Below are positions 1 through 10,675 of a DNA stretch of 64,000 nt, in pieces. The position numbers were made by a program, and so were the translations under genes. The stretch covers positions 64,001-128,000 of the forward strand of contig CAVYYZ010000011.1 of the NCBI GenBank assembly GCA_963772835.1, written 5' to 3'. The stretch is from an uncultured delta proteobacterium (GTDB taxonomy: Bacteria > Desulfobacterota > Desulfuromonadia > Geobacterales > Pseudopelobacteraceae). The notes below the pieces were generated by a model, which searched no databases, was not told where the DNA came from, and saw only the letters and a list, made by a program, of their open reading frames with translations. How positions within the stretch are numbered: the first letter of the stretch is position 1; the number at the start of each line of letters is the position of its first letter.

Positions 1-1
1 A

Positions 2-556
2 AAACTTGACGGGAATAAAATCAGTCTCAGCTCTGAATCAGCCACTTCGGTGAATTTGCTAAAAATCCTGCTTAACCAGCGATTTGGCTGTTCCTGCTCC
101 TATGAAGTTGCTCATCCGGATGGGTCCGGCTCAGCCGGTGAATCCGCCGCGATGCTGCTTATCGGTGATTCAGCTTTGCGGGCGTCACTGGATAGGTCAG
201 ATATGCTCGTGTATGACCTTGGGGAAATGTGGTACTCATGGACCGGCCTCCCATTTGTTTTTGCACTTTGGCTTTGTCGTAACGAAGTTGCACACGGATT
301 GGAACTGAGGACTCTTGCATGGCAGCTGATTCAGGCCAAAGAGCTCGTTTCCGGGAACCTGGAACAGATCGTGATGCGTGTAAAAGAGGTCAGTTGGATG
401 GGGCAGGAAAAACTGCTGTCCTATTGGCGGGATAATATCTCTTATCAATTGGATGAGCGTGAGAAGGCAGGATTAATGCTGTATTATGCCAAATGTTGCG
501 AGGGAGGTTTGATTGCTGAAATACCTGAATTGCATTTCGCCTCACCAGACTTTTGA
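2..556 (+). CDS. mqnA: Menaquinone biosynthesis (futalosine pathway) chorismate dehydratase, 5'-truncated by window edge
   Basis: Frame open from window start (KLDGNKISLSSESATSVNLL); motifs SATS, LLIGDSAL, YDLGEMW, TGLPFVFALW. Confidence 0.85.
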   Translation, partial: KLDGNKISLSSESATSVNLLKILLNQRFGCSCSYEVAHPDGSGSAGESAAMLLIGDSALRASLDRSDMLVYDLGEMWYSWTGLPFVFALWLCRNEVAHGLELRTLAWQLIQAKELVSGNLEQIVMRVKEVSWMGQEKLLSYWRDNISYQLDEREKAGLMLYYAKCCEGGLIAEIPELHFASPDF

Positions 557-649
557 CACGCTGTACCATACAGATAATTCTGCTCTCTTACCAGGATGCA
601 GGACGTATCGGTGCTTATTTAAAAATATCTTTGTTAACGCACTTTTTCT

Positions 650-3049
650 TTGTATGAATCAGGTGATTGTATGAAGTTGTACCAACAAGGCACCCGTTCC
701 TGGATTGATATTCTGTCGGGGGTCGTTCGTAATCAAAACGGGACAACAACTCCTGAAGAACGTCTTGATGACCGTTGTGTACGGGCCAATATTGTCTCGA
801 TGACACGCTGGGTCATGCTCGGTGCCGTAGCTCTGTACGCTCTGGTTGCAGCAGCCAGTTTTTCATTCAGCACTATCGGATTTTACTTCACCGCTCAGCA
901 GGTGACGTTCCTTTCACTTACCGTGATTTCCGTTGTAATCTATAATTTTCTTCTCAGTTCAAAATGTTCCTCACTTTCGCGCCTTCCATACCTCATTCAC
1001 CTGCAAGTCGGTCTTGATCTTTTTTTTGTAACAGTTCTTATTCACTTTACCGGAGGTGTTTTCAGCTGGTTCTGGCCGGTATACCTTCTTGTAACCCTTG
1101 AATCCGCGTTTCTCTACGAGGACAAACGTGATGTATGGCTGATAGGAACACTTGGGGCGGCATTTTACGGAGCCATACTTACGGCGGAAAGTGTGCGTCT
1201 GATTCCCGTGCTGGCCATGCCTTTTGTCGACTCATCCCAGCATGATGTATTTCTTTTTCAGATGCTGATGTGGTGCTGGGTGGCAGGGATGAATGCGACG
1301 GTTGCATTCATTGCCACATTCCTTATGGATACGATTCGTAAAGACGGAGTGCGAGTAAAAGAGAGTGAAGCAGCGTTGCTGGGTTTTGTTGCGTCTGCCA
1401 ATGACCTGATTTTCTGTGTTGATAGAAACGGAAACATTCTGTACGGAAACCAAATTTTCATCGAACTCCTCTCAGATGACAAAACGGGAAACACCAGATC
1501 GTGCAATTTGTATGAGTTGGTACAGAGCGATACCCGCCCGCAGCTTTCGGAACAGATTGCTCATGTTCTTCAAAGTTCACAACCGGCCCATATTGATGTT
1601 TCATTTTCGACAGTTGGAAAACAGGCTGTCGATGTCGAAATGAGTCTTACCGCAGGTGTAAGAAGCGGAGATTCCCTTGCCGTATGGTGCGTCTGCCGTG
1701 ATATATCGGAACGGAAACGTGCTCAGTTAGCCCTCTACTCGCTCGCTCATCATGACATCCTGACCGGATTGCCCAACCGTGTCCTGCTTGAAGATCGTCT
1801 TGTACAGGCCAAGGCACATGCGAATAGGCAGCAGAGCGGATTCGCCGTACTGTTTCTGGATTTGGATCGTTTTAAGATAATCAATGACACCCTGGGTCAT
1901 TCGGTTGGTGATGAGTTGTTGCGCCTGGTAGCCATCCGTCTGCAACGGACGCTGAGAGAAACCGATACTGTTGCAAGAATCGGGGGTGACGAGTTTATCG
2001 TCCTGTTGGCGGACACCGCCCACCGTGAGGATGTTGCGCTGTTGGCTGACAAGATCATGAAGTCGCTTGCGATTCCTTTTTATCTGAGAGCTCACGAGCT
2101 TTTTGTGACAACCAGTCTTGGCGGCTGCATGTATCCTGAAGATGATCATGATACCGAATCGATGATGAAAAAAGCAGATATTGCCATGTACCATGCGAAA
2201 GCGCTCGGAAGGAATAATTTTCAGTTTTTTGATACCGAGATGGACCAGAACTCATCCCGACGGTTTGTGATTTCAAACAGTCTCAGAAAAGGATTGGAAC
2301 AGCGGGAATTTTGCCTGTATTATCAGCCAAAGGTTGACGTTTCCACGGGACGCATCGTTGCCATGGAAGCATTGGTACGGTGGGAGCATCCTGAGTTGGG
2401 TCTGCTGTCACCGCTTGAATTCATTCAGCTTGCCGAGGAAAACGGCTTGATCGTCCAGTTGGGTGAGTGGGTTCTCAGGGAGGCATGCAGTCAGAATGTT
2501 CAATGGCACAATGAAGGGATTACCAATTTGCGGGTGGCGGTCAATCTCTCCGGATACCAGCTTCAGCACAATGCCCTGTTGCCGCTGATCCGGAAAATAA
2601 TTGCTGAAACCGGCATTTCTCCAGACAATCTTGAATTTGAGATTACTGAAAGCGTTATCATGCAGAATCCGGATTTTGCCGTTTCAATACTTGCATCGAT
2701 CACAGAATTGGGTATTCATATTTCGATAGATGATTTTGGTACCGGTTACTCTTCACTTGCTCATCTGAAGCGCTTTTCCGTTAATACTCTTAAAATTGAC
2801 AAGTCTTTTGTTCAGGATGTTGATTTAAGCAGCACCGATGCTGCGATAGCAACTGCGATTATTGCCATGGGGAACAGCCTGAATCTGAATGTAATCGCTG
2901 AAGGTGTTGAGACGCAAGCGCAGTATGACTTTCTTAAAGACAACAACTGTGGGCAGGTACAGGGGTATCTTTTCGGCCGCCCGCTTCCTGCAGAGGAATT
3001 CGTTACCGTTCTGAAACAGAATTATCTGGATACCGAAAAGGGAAGGTAG
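650..3049 (+). CDS. Membrane-anchored PAS-GGDEF-EAL diguanylate cyclase/phosphodiesterase
   Basis: N-terminal TM helices, PAS/PAC (CRDISERK), intact GGDEF with RETD I-site, EALVRW and DDFGTGYSSL; start could be the ATG at 671. Confidence 0.92.
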   Translation: MYESGDCMKLYQQGTRSWIDILSGVVRNQNGTTTPEERLDDRCVRANIVSMTRWVMLGAVALYALVAAASFSFSTIGFYFTAQQVTFLSLTVISVVIYNFLLSSKCSSLSRLPYLIHLQVGLDLFFVTVLIHFTGGVFSWFWPVYLLVTLESAFLYEDKRDVWLIGTLGAAFYGAILTAESVRLIPVLAMPFVDSSQHDVFLFQMLMWCWVAGMNATVAFIATFLMDTIRKDGVRVKESEAALLGFVASANDLIFCVDRNGNILYGNQIFIELLSDDKTGNTRSCNLYELVQSDTRPQLSEQIAHVLQSSQPAHIDVSFSTVGKQAVDVEMSLTAGVRSGDSLAVWCVCRDISERKRAQLALYSLAHHDILTGLPNRVLLEDRLVQAKAHANRQQSGFAVLFLDLDRFKIINDTLGHSVGDELLRLVAIRLQRTLRETDTVARIGGDEFIVLLADTAHREDVALLADKIMKSLAIPFYLRAHELFVTTSLGGCMYPEDDHDTESMMKKADIAMYHAKALGRNNFQFFDTEMDQNSSRRFVISNSLRKGLEQREFCLYYQPKVDVSTGRIVAMEALVRWEHPELGLLSPLEFIQLAEENGLIVQLGEWVLREACSQNVQWHNEGITNLRVAVNLSGYQLQHNALLPLIRKIIAETGISPDNLEFEITESVIMQNPDFAVSILASITELGIHISIDDFGTGYSSLAHLKRFSVNTLKIDKSFVQDVDLSSTDAAIATAIIAMGNSLNLNVIAEGVETQAQYDFLKDNNCGQVQGYLFGRPLPAEEFVTVLKQNYLDTEKGR

Positions 3050-3063
3050 CGTACCTCAGCTGT

Positions 3064-3534
3064 TTAATCAAAAAGAGTATCCTGATATTGTGCCGAATAA
3101 TCGGACAGTATGCGGGTATGGTCAAAACAGAGTTGTCGCGGCAGTGAATCCCGCCTGAAGGTCGACAGGTTTAGTGCATCATCAGCGGCGCGGGGAATGC
3201 CGTGGGCAGAAGCGATAAATACCGTTGAAATTGTGTGCATCCGGTCGTCACGCGCCGGGTCGGAATAACATCCCAATAAGCGCAAATCAAAAATATTCAG
3301 CGACGTCTCTTCAAACGCTTCCCGGACGGCAGCGGCCTCAAGTGATTCTCCATACTCTACAAAACCTCCCGGCAAAGCCCAGCCAAAAGGTTCATTCTTC
3401 CGCTCAATGAGCACAATACCGCTCTCCAGCTCGATAATTATATCTACTGTCGGGAATGGATTCCGGTACTGTTTAATGTTGGAACCGCAGGAAGGGCAGG
3501 TGAGAGTGGTGAAGGACATGCATACTCCGTACAA
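3064..3534 (-). CDS. NUDIX hydrolase
   Basis: Nudix box [25 protein letters not shown]-terminal CxxC. Confidence 0.9.
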   Translation of the reverse strand: MYGVCMSFTTLTCPSCGSNIKQYRNPFPTVDIIIELESGIVLIERKNEPFGWALPGGFVEYGESLEAAAVREAFEETSLNIFDLRLLGCYSDPARDDRMHTISTVFIASAHGIPRAADDALNLSTFRRDSLPRQLCFDHTRILSDYSAQYQDTLFD

Positions 3535-3535
3535 T

Positions 3536-3564
3536 AAAAAAAGGGGGAATAGAAATTCCCCCTC
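3536..3564 (-). terminator. Rho-independent terminator after the PxxKW gene
   Basis: GGGGGAAT/ATTCCCCC stem followed by a T-run on the minus strand. Confidence 0.7.
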
Positions 3565-3590
3565 TGATCAAAAAGACAGTAAAGCCGAAA

Positions 3591-3884
3591 CTATTTCTTT
3601 TTCTTTGCTCCGGCAGCTTTTTTGGAAGCTTTGAGAGGGTTGACCTTCAGCTCGGCTACGGATAGATCAACTTTTACGTGGGAAGCAAAGTTACAGATTC
3701 CGCCGATCCATTTTTTGGCTGGCGCAGGGTATGCGCTGCATACCTGGCCAATGCTGCCGGTCACAACGCGTTCGCACCCTTCACAGTTTTCAGCAATAGT
3801 CTGGCAGGAACCATCAGGAAATATACACCCCTGTTTTCCCCAAAAGGTACACTCGGTACCTGCAAGTACGGTCTGACACTTCAT
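3591..3884 (-). CDS. PxxKW family cysteine-rich protein
   Basis: CEGC ... PAKKW ... CNFASH, C-terminal NPLKASKK; GGAG RBS upstream. Confidence 0.85.
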   Translation of the reverse strand: MKCQTVLAGTECTFWGKQGCIFPDGSCQTIAENCEGCERVVTGSIGQVCSAYPAPAKKWIGGICNFASHVKVDLSVAELKVNPLKASKKAAGAKKKK

Positions 3885-4000
3885 ACTTCTTCCTCCTGAA
3901 TTTGTTCTCGAATGAATTGTTACTCTAGCAATTCTTGCCGAGAAAAGTCAACGTAAAAATTGAAGGGAATCCGGACTGTTCGGGGGGGTGTGCGTAAGAA

Positions 4001-4573
4001 TCAGCTGCCGCTGATGGAGAGAAAGTTTCTGAAGAGTTCCATGCCACCTTCTGTCAGAATTGATTCCGGGTGGAACTGCACCCCCCAGAGTGGGAGCACC
4101 TTATGACGCAGCCCCATAATTTCGCCATTTTCGACCCAGGCTGTCACTTCAAGGCAATCAGGAAGAGTGGTGCGATCGACAGTCAGTGAATGATAACGGG
4201 TGGCCGAAAAAGGGTTTTCAAGCCCGGCAAATAGATCTTTCCCGTCATGAAAAATGGGGGATGTCTTGCCATGCATGAGAGATGCGCTCCGAAGTATTGT
4301 GCCGCCAAAGGCAAATCCGATTGACTGATGTCCGAGACAGACCCCTAAAATAGGGATTTTCCCGGCGAAATGTGTAATTGCAGAAACGGAAATCCCGGCT
4401 TCTTCCGGAGAACAGGGACCGGGTGAGATGATCAGCCGTTCCGGCTGCATTGCTTCTATCTCTGCTAGTGAAATCTTGTCGTTGCGATGTACCTGTACGT
4501 TCTCACCCAGTTGTCCGAAATACTGAACGATGTTGTAGGTAAATGAATCATAATTATCGATCATCAGGAGCAT
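4001..4573 (-). CDS. trpG: Anthranilate/aminodeoxychorismate synthase component II (glutamine amidotransferase)
   Basis: [14 protein letters not shown] start, SPGP, GVCLGHQ, QFHPES; start reassigned from 4684 to 4573. Confidence 0.93.
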   Translation of the reverse strand: MLLMIDNYDSFTYNIVQYFGQLGENVQVHRNDKISLAEIEAMQPERLIISPGPCSPEEAGISVSAITHFAGKIPILGVCLGHQSIGFAFGGTILRSASLMHGKTSPIFHDGKDLFAGLENPFSATRYHSLTVDRTTLPDCLEVTAWVENGEIMGLRHKVLPLWGVQFHPESILTEGGMELFRNFLSISGS

Positions 4574-4574
4574 T

Positions 4575-6050
4575 TCAGGCCAAACCTCTCTCGGCGATTT
4601 CAACCGCCCGCATGACTGCCATTCCCTTGTTAACGGTTTCCTGCCACTCGGAAGCAGGATCTGAATCGGCCACAATTCCTGCACCAGCCTGCAGATGAAC
4701 CTTTCCGTCCTTTATCACCAGGGTCCGGATAGTAATGGCAAGGTCCATGTTTCCGGAAAAGGAAAAATAACCGACGGCACCGCCGTAGATTTCACGGCGT
4801 ACCGGCTCAAGCTCATCAATAATCTGCATGGCACGGACTTTCGGAGCCCCGGACAGGGTGCCGGCAGGAAATGTTGCCCTGACCAGATCAAAGGCATCCC
4901 TGTCTGCCGATAATCGGCCTTGCACGTTTGAAACGATATGCATGACATGGGAATAGCGTTCGATGAGCATCAGTTCAGAAACGGTGACAGAACCGGTCGT
5001 GCAGACCCGTCCCAGATCGTTTCGGCCAAGATCTACCAGCATAACGTGCTCGGCACATTCTTTTGGGTCTGCAAGCAGTTCATCAGCCAGTGTGGCGTCA
5101 TCCTCGGCGGTAGCACCGCGGGGACGTGTCCCTGCGATGGGGCGTAACTCCACCTTCTCCCCCTCTTTGCGAACCATTACCTCCGGTGAAGCACCAGCTA
5201 TAACCGTGTCGTCGAGACGCAGGAAAAACATGTATGGTGAAGGATTAAGCGTTCTCAGCACCCGGTATATGTCAAGCGGGTCGGCACTCAATTCACCGCT
5301 GAATCGCTGGGAAAGCACGACCTGAATGATATCGCCTGATCGCACATACTCCTTTGCCTTCTCGACGGAATTCTCAAAAGAGACACGGGACATGTTGGAG
5401 AGAAACCGGACCGGTTTACCCGGGGTGGAAACACTCTGTGCCGGAAGCGGAGTGCGAAGGCGGTTTATGAGGGCATCAATTTTTTCGGTCGCACGGTCAT
5501 ACGCCTCTGTAGGTGATATCGTCTCTGTTATATGAGCATTTGAAACTACTTTTATTTTCTGATGCATGGTGTCAAAAATGACGATAGTGTCTGTAATTAG
5601 AAAATATGAATCGTATGCATCAAGCTGCGCCGGTTTTTCAGTCGTCAGCGATTCAAAGTGGCGAACCATATCGTAGCCAAGATAGCCGACGGCACCGCCG
5701 AAAAAACGGGGAAGCCCGTCAACCTCTACAGGCGTAAACTGGGCAAGAAGTTCTTTGATGCAGTTCAGCGGATCGGAGGATTCCAGCTGGACGGTTATAC
5801 CGTCTGAAATAGTTTCAACACGAGTGCCTTTTGAACGGATGATGACAGAGGGTGCCGAGCCCAGAAAGCTGTAGCGCCCCCACTTTTCACCACCCTCGAT
5901 ACTTTCGAGGAGAAATGAAAACTTCCCGTCATCAATTTTTTTGAAAGCCGAGACCGGAGTATCCATGTCCGCCATGATTTCCCGATAGACCGGAATCAGG
6001 TTGCCTTTTTCAGCGAGCGTATAAAAAGTGTCACGTTGTGGTAAAAACAT
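4575..6050 (-). CDS. trpE: Anthranilate synthase component I
   Basis: [41 protein letters not shown]. Confidence 0.95.
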   Translation of the reverse strand: MFLPQRDTFYTLAEKGNLIPVYREIMADMDTPVSAFKKIDDGKFSFLLESIEGGEKWGRYSFLGSAPSVIIRSKGTRVETISDGITVQLESSDPLNCIKELLAQFTPVEVDGLPRFFGGAVGYLGYDMVRHFESLTTEKPAQLDAYDSYFLITDTIVIFDTMHQKIKVVSNAHITETISPTEAYDRATEKIDALINRLRTPLPAQSVSTPGKPVRFLSNMSRVSFENSVEKAKEYVRSGDIIQVVLSQRFSGELSADPLDIYRVLRTLNPSPYMFFLRLDDTVIAGASPEVMVRKEGEKVELRPIAGTRPRGATAEDDATLADELLADPKECAEHVMLVDLGRNDLGRVCTTGSVTVSELMLIERYSHVMHIVSNVQGRLSADRDAFDLVRATFPAGTLSGAPKVRAMQIIDELEPVRREIYGGAVGYFSFSGNMDLAITIRTLVIKDGKVHLQAGAGIVADSDPASEWQETVNKGMAVMRAVEIAERGLA

Positions 6051-6081
6051 TACCTACCTCTGTGTGTTAAATCTGGGGAAA

Positions 6082-6110
6082 AGGCTACCACAGGCTCTCT
6101 GGAGAGTCAA
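6082..6110 (-). promoter_or_regulatory. sigma70-type promoter for trpEG
   Basis: Minus strand TTGACT-N17-TAGCCT with TG extension. Confidence 0.55.
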
Positions 6111-6139
6111 GTTCAGTGGACATCCTGCATTATTCGGGC

Positions 6140-6169
6140 TTGACAACCTTGCAGTCCTTGTGGTTAAGT
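6140..6169 (+). promoter_or_regulatory. sigma70-type promoter for the leader/DAHP synthase transcript
   Basis: Perfect TTGACA at 6140-6145; TG-n-TTAAGT is a weak -10. Confidence 0.5.
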
Positions 6170-6177
6170 GCCCGCAT

Positions 6178-6264
6178 ATGAACTCAAACCGCTTCTATAT
6201 CGCATTCAGCTTTTACTTTTGGTCCGGCTTTTATTTCAGGCCGTCTGCCCGGGTAGAGGTGTAA
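6178..6264 (+). CDS. Aromatic amino-acid leader peptide MNSNRFYIAFSFYFWSGFYFRPSARVEV (28 aa)
   Basis: ATG at 6178, TAA at 6262-6264; 6 Phe, 3 Tyr and 1 Trp in codons 6-20; followed by a terminator and the DAHP synthase gene. Confidence 0.85.
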   Translation: MNSNRFYIAFSFYFWSGFYFRPSARVEV

Positions 6265-6290
6265 GCGAAGAAGCTATCACACGAATCCAC

Positions 6291-6324
6291 AAACCGGGGC
6301 AGACGAAAGTCTCCCCGGTTTTTT
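6291..6324 (+). terminator. Attenuator terminator hairpin in the DAHP synthase leader
   Basis: AAACCGGGG(C)AGAC-GAAA-GTCTCCCCGGTTTTTT; the 5' arm can instead pair with CGTCTGCCCGG at 6242-6252. Confidence 0.85.
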
Positions 6325-6399
6325 GCTGTCTGTTAACTCAGTTCAGCCAGGGCCGGGGGAAACTTCCGGCCCTCAACGTTTGCGGGAAAGGATCGAGGG

Positions 6400-7419
6400 A
6401 TGATAATCGTAATGAAGGCAGGAGCCGCAAAGAAAGACAAGGATGAGGTCTTGAAGCGTATCAAGGCATTGGGGTACACGTCGCATGTAATTCATGGTGC
6501 GACCCGGGACGTAATCGGAGCAATCGGTGACGAGCGCGGCAAGTCGGCTCTGCAGGCGCTTGAGTCTCTGCATGGCGTGGAAAATGTCGTTCCAATTCTG
6601 CAGCCGTATAAACTGGCTTCACTGGAAGTCAAAAAGGAGTCCAGCGTGGTACGGATCAGCGACACTGTTGTCATCGGCGGCCCGCAGATTGTCATCATGG
6701 CCGGCCCGTGTTCTGTTGAGAGTGAAGAGCAGATTGTCGAATCCGCCCTCGCGGTAAAAAAAGCCGGAGCTCACATTCTGCGCGGCGGGGCATTCAAACC
6801 GCGCACTTCACCGTATTCCTTCCAGGGGCTTGAAGAAGAGGGATTGAAGCTGCTGGCAAAGGCTCGCGATATTACCGGGCTCCCTTTTGTTACTGAAGTT
6901 ATCAACCCTGAAACAGCCGAAATGGTTGCCGACTATGCCGATATCCTGCAGATTGGTGCCCGTAATTCACAGAACTTTGCCCTGCTTAAAAAAGTCGGTC
7001 AGCTTGGCAAGCCGGTGCTGCTCAAAAGGGGTATGGCGATGACGATTCAGGAACTCCTGATGAGCGCCGAATACATCATGAGCGAAGGCAACCAGGCGGT
7101 TATCCTCTGCGAAAGGGGTATTCGAACCTTTGAAACGGCCACCCGCAATACCCTTGATCTGTCTGCAATTCCGGTTCTGAAGGGAAAAACACATCTGCCG
7201 GTTGTTATCGACCCGTCTCACGGTACAGGCAATCATCATTACGTCGCTCCGATGAGCTATGCAGCCGTAGCAGCTGGTGCCGACGGGTTGATCATTGAAG
7301 TACACCCGGATCCGGAACATGCTTCGTCTGACGGCGCCCAGTCTTTGAAACCGGCAAAATTCGAGAGAATGATGCAGAAATTACGGCTGTTCGCCGAGGT
7401 GGATGGAAGGACGCTGTAG
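6400..7419 (+). CDS. aroF: DAHP synthase (class I-beta with N-terminal ACT-like regulatory domain)
   Basis: [46 protein letters not shown]. Confidence 0.95.
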   Translation: MIIVMKAGAAKKDKDEVLKRIKALGYTSHVIHGATRDVIGAIGDERGKSALQALESLHGVENVVPILQPYKLASLEVKKESSVVRISDTVVIGGPQIVIMAGPCSVESEEQIVESALAVKKAGAHILRGGAFKPRTSPYSFQGLEEEGLKLLAKARDITGLPFVTEVINPETAEMVADYADILQIGARNSQNFALLKKVGQLGKPVLLKRGMAMTIQELLMSAEYIMSEGNQAVILCERGIRTFETATRNTLDLSAIPVLKGKTHLPVVIDPSHGTGNHHYVAPMSYAAVAAGADGLIIEVHPDPEHASSDGAQSLKPAKFERMMQKLRLFAEVDGRTL

Positions 7420-7446
7420 CAGTATAATCTAGGAAAAAGCATTTGA

Positions 7447-7582
7447 AACACGGAGCAACAGAGCAACAGAGCAACCCTGAAAAGAATTCTGATGGAGAAC
7501 TATTTTGAGACCTACTGCAGGCAGTGTCTCCCACTTTTTCTGCAAGGATTTTGCATTCTCAGTTGCTCTGTTGCTCTGTGTT
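7447..7582. repeat. Intergenic hairpin element with (GAGCAACA)n / (TGTTGCTC)n arms
   Basis: AACACGGAGCAACAGAGCAACAGAG ... CTCAGTTGCTCTGTTGCTCTGTGTT, between convergent genes. Confidence 0.8.
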
Positions 7583-7600
7583 AAATTGATTATTTTTTGG

Positions 7601-8839
7601 TTACTCGGCATGGTCGGGATACATCTTTTCAATCTGCCGGAACGTGTCAATGCACTCAAGAAAGACCTCAACCAGTTCAGGATCGAACTGCTTTCCCGCC
7701 TCTGCGCGGATATTTTCCAGCACTTCGCTCTCATTCCACGCCTCCTTGTAACAGCGCCGGCAGGAAAGGGCGTCATAGACATCGGCCAGTGCAACAACTC
7801 TTCCGAAAAACGGGATTTCGTCTCCGCGCTTTCCCAGTGCCGATCCGTTTTCATTTTCAAAGCCGGGAAGTGCTTTCTGAGTCAGCGGATCAATGTGGCC
7901 GGGATAGCCGTTGCCGTCCCACCGCTCGTGGTGGCTGATTGCTACAATGGCGGCTGATTCGTCAAAATCCGAATAAATATCTGAAAACAGATTGGCTCCG
8001 AAAAGCGTATGCAGCTTCATGACCTGAAATTCTTCGGGTGTGAAGCGTCCCGGTTTCTTCAGGATGTTGTCTGAAATCGCAACCTTGCCCACATCGTGCA
8101 GCATGGCGGACATGCGCAGCACATCCCGGTTTCGATCAATTTCCGGCTGGGGAACGTTATGCTTGAAAGCCCAGGCTTCGTACAGGGCAACAGAGTAGGC
8201 GGCGACCCGGTTGACATGAGGGCCGGTTTCTTTAGGGTCGCGCAGTTCGGCCATTTTGTTCATGCGCAGGATTATCTCTCTGGTCATCTTTGCACGTTCG
8301 ATCGCATTGGCGGCGTTGTTGGCAAAGTACAATATGATTTCTTCGTCATCTTGGGCAAAGGGAATAGTGTCGCCATGATTGTCGATCGCATTGATCAGCT
8401 GAAGTATGCCGATAACGTCTCCGCGAAAATTCTGCAGCGGGATTGTCAGCATGGAGCAGGTCCGGTACCCGGTAAGATCATCGTACGACCTGTTAAATGA
8501 AAACGGATAATAGTTGCTGACTTCATATACGTCTGAGATGTTCAGGATAGAGCCGTTTGAAGCGACATAACCGGCAATTGAACCGTTGCTGATCGGGACG
8601 CTGAAGGTGGAATAGGGAAGTTTTCTGCCCGGCGGGAGCTGTCGCTGTAAGGTGTCGTTCTGGGCATAGCGAAAGGTCAGATTATCTCCCTCGCGGACAT
8701 AGATTGAACCGGCATCGCAGTTTGTAAAACCACGCGCCTCGAGCAGAATTTTCTCCAGGAGAAGATCAATGTCCTTAATCTGCGAAATTTCATAGCCAAG
8801 ATCGATAATCTTACGGAGTTTTTCTTCCTGACTCGCCAT
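7601..8839 (-). CDS. GAF + HD-GYP c-di-GMP phosphodiesterase
   Basis: GAF domain (DDLTGYRTCSML), LHDVGK, HHERWDGNGYP, ADVYDAL; start MASQEEK after GGGG RBS. Confidence 0.9.
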   Translation of the reverse strand: MASQEEKLRKIIDLGYEISQIKDIDLLLEKILLEARGFTNCDAGSIYVREGDNLTFRYAQNDTLQRQLPPGRKLPYSTFSVPISNGSIAGYVASNGSILNISDVYEVSNYYPFSFNRSYDDLTGYRTCSMLTIPLQNFRGDVIGILQLINAIDNHGDTIPFAQDDEEIILYFANNAANAIERAKMTREIILRMNKMAELRDPKETGPHVNRVAAYSVALYEAWAFKHNVPQPEIDRNRDVLRMSAMLHDVGKVAISDNILKKPGRFTPEEFQVMKLHTLFGANLFSDIYSDFDESAAIVAISHHERWDGNGYPGHIDPLTQKALPGFENENGSALGKRGDEIPFFGRVVALADVYDALSCRRCYKEAWNESEVLENIRAEAGKQFDPELVEVFLECIDTFRQIEKMYPDHAE

Positions 8840-8997
8840 AATATCCCCTTTTAATCGCAGGTAAGTGTGCATATATACATTATTTGGAGCCGATAATCAA
8901 ATAGCAGTTTAGATGATGCTCGTGTACTGTTTTTTGACGTTGCACGGTGACGGTAATTACTCTACGATGCTCTTATTTTTTATGGGAGGATTCAACT

Positions 8998-9483
8998 ATG
9001 AATATCAGATCCTGTCTCGCTGCTGCAGTCGTGTTTATCGTTTTTCTTGCAAATCCCGGAACGGGAAGAGCGGTGGAGACGGGGGGTGCACTTGAAAAAA
9101 GCATGTCAGATACTCTCGATATCTGGCGTGAAGGCCGATACGAACAGCTTTTTGAGATGTTGGCACATCGCGGTAAAACCTCTCGCGAAACGTTTGTGCA
9201 TAAAATGCGTGAGTCATCAATCCATCCGGCCTGCTGCTGGCAGAAAATGGAGCACTTCAAGGTGTTGAACGAAAAACGTACCGAGGCTACGGTGTACGTT
9301 AAAATCGGACTGGAGGGGACTCCAGGCGCAGCCGAATCAACGACCCGTGAATTCAAGATGACTCACCAGGAAGGGGTCTGGAAGATGCAGCTGGCGGATG
9401 TCCTTTCGATTGCCGGGGCAACGGGTAAAAAAAAGGGCGGTACGAAACTTCACACGAAGAAGAACACTCTGCATTACAACTGA
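8998..9483 (+). CDS. Exported hypothetical protein
   Basis: GGAGG RBS, signal peptide, PACCW motif. Confidence 0.7.
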   Translation: MNIRSCLAAAVVFIVFLANPGTGRAVETGGALEKSMSDTLDIWREGRYEQLFEMLAHRGKTSRETFVHKMRESSIHPACCWQKMEHFKVLNEKRTEATVYVKIGLEGTPGAAESTTREFKMTHQEGVWKMQLADVLSIAGATGKKKGGTKLHTKKNTLHYN

Positions 9484-9528
9484 TACAGCAGAGTGCCGGT
9501 CTCACATTATATTCACCGGGGAACAACG

Positions 9529-10671
9529 ATGAATGATTCAGCCGAACGAAACGATCTGGCCGGATATGCCTGTACCAGCGGTGCTTCACGTGGCCGTAAA
9601 TATCCTGAAGAGCATCGTGATAACCGCCCCGCCTTCGAGCGTGACCGTGACCGCATTGTTCACTGTGCCGCTTTCAGGCGGCTTGAGTACAAGACGCAGG
9701 TCTTCGTCAATCATGAAGGGGATTATTACCGCACCCGGCTGACGCACTCGCTTGAGGTGGCTCAGATCGGGAGGGCCATCGCCCGGAAATTACATTTGAA
9801 TGAGGAACTGACGGAGGCCCTTGCCTTATCTCATGACCTGGGGCATACACCGTTCGGACATACCGGTGAAGAAGTTCTTAATCGACTGATGCAGGGTTTT
9901 GGCGGTTTTGAGCATAACATGCAGTCTTTTCGTGTCGTGGACGAACTGGAAGAGAGGTACCCCGGGTTTAACGGATTGAATCTGACATGGGAGGTGCGTG
10001 AGGGAATCATTAAACACTCAACTCCTTACGATGCCGCCAGTGAAATAATGGCCGAATTCCTGCCGGGGACTGTCCCCTCCATTGAGGGGCAGATCATTAA
10101 TTACGCCGACGAAATCGCGTATAACAACCATGATATCGATGACGGCCTGAAATCGGGCTACATAACACTGGAGATGCTTGGACAGGTGGATCTGTGGCGC
10201 GATGTCTGTTCAGAAGTACGACGGAAATATCCGGCAATCGACGATAAACGACTCGTCTACCAGACAATCAGCGCCCTGATCGGATTGTTGATCGGTGATC
10301 TCTGTACGACGACGGCATCTAATCTTCAAAAATTCAACATAGTTTCCCGGGATGATTTGCAGCGGGTAAACCGTGCCGTTGTTCATTTTAATGACGACAT
10401 AACCGTTCGTAACCTTGCGCTCAAAAAGTTTCTGTTCCAGAACCTGTATCGCCATTACAAGGTGGAAAAGATGCGGGTTAAGTCTGAACTGTTCATTACC
10501 CGTTTATTCGAAACGTATCTGCGTTACCCCAATCTGCTGCCGCCGAAATACCAATCACGATGTGAATATTTCGGTCTTCAACGGGTTGTCTGTGATTACA
10601 TTGCCGGCATGACTGACCGGTTTGCGCTTGATGAATATAAACGACTGTTCGACCCATACGAAAGAGTGTAA
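9529..10671 (+). CDS. dgt: Deoxyguanosinetriphosphate triphosphohydrolase-like protein
   Basis: FERDRDRI, RRLEYKTQV, RTRLTHSLEV, HDLGHTPFGH, DYIAGMTD. Confidence 0.92.
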   Translation: MNDSAERNDLAGYACTSGASRGRKYPEEHRDNRPAFERDRDRIVHCAAFRRLEYKTQVFVNHEGDYYRTRLTHSLEVAQIGRAIARKLHLNEELTEALALSHDLGHTPFGHTGEEVLNRLMQGFGGFEHNMQSFRVVDELEERYPGFNGLNLTWEVREGIIKHSTPYDAASEIMAEFLPGTVPSIEGQIINYADEIAYNNHDIDDGLKSGYITLEMLGQVDLWRDVCSEVRRKYPAIDDKRLVYQTISALIGLLIGDLCTTTASNLQKFNIVSRDDLQRVNRAVVHFNDDITVRNLALKKFLFQNLYRHYKVEKMRVKSELFITRLFETYLRYPNLLPPKYQSRCEYFGLQRVVCDYIAGMTDRFALDEYKRLFDPYERV

Positions 10672-10675
10672 CTAA

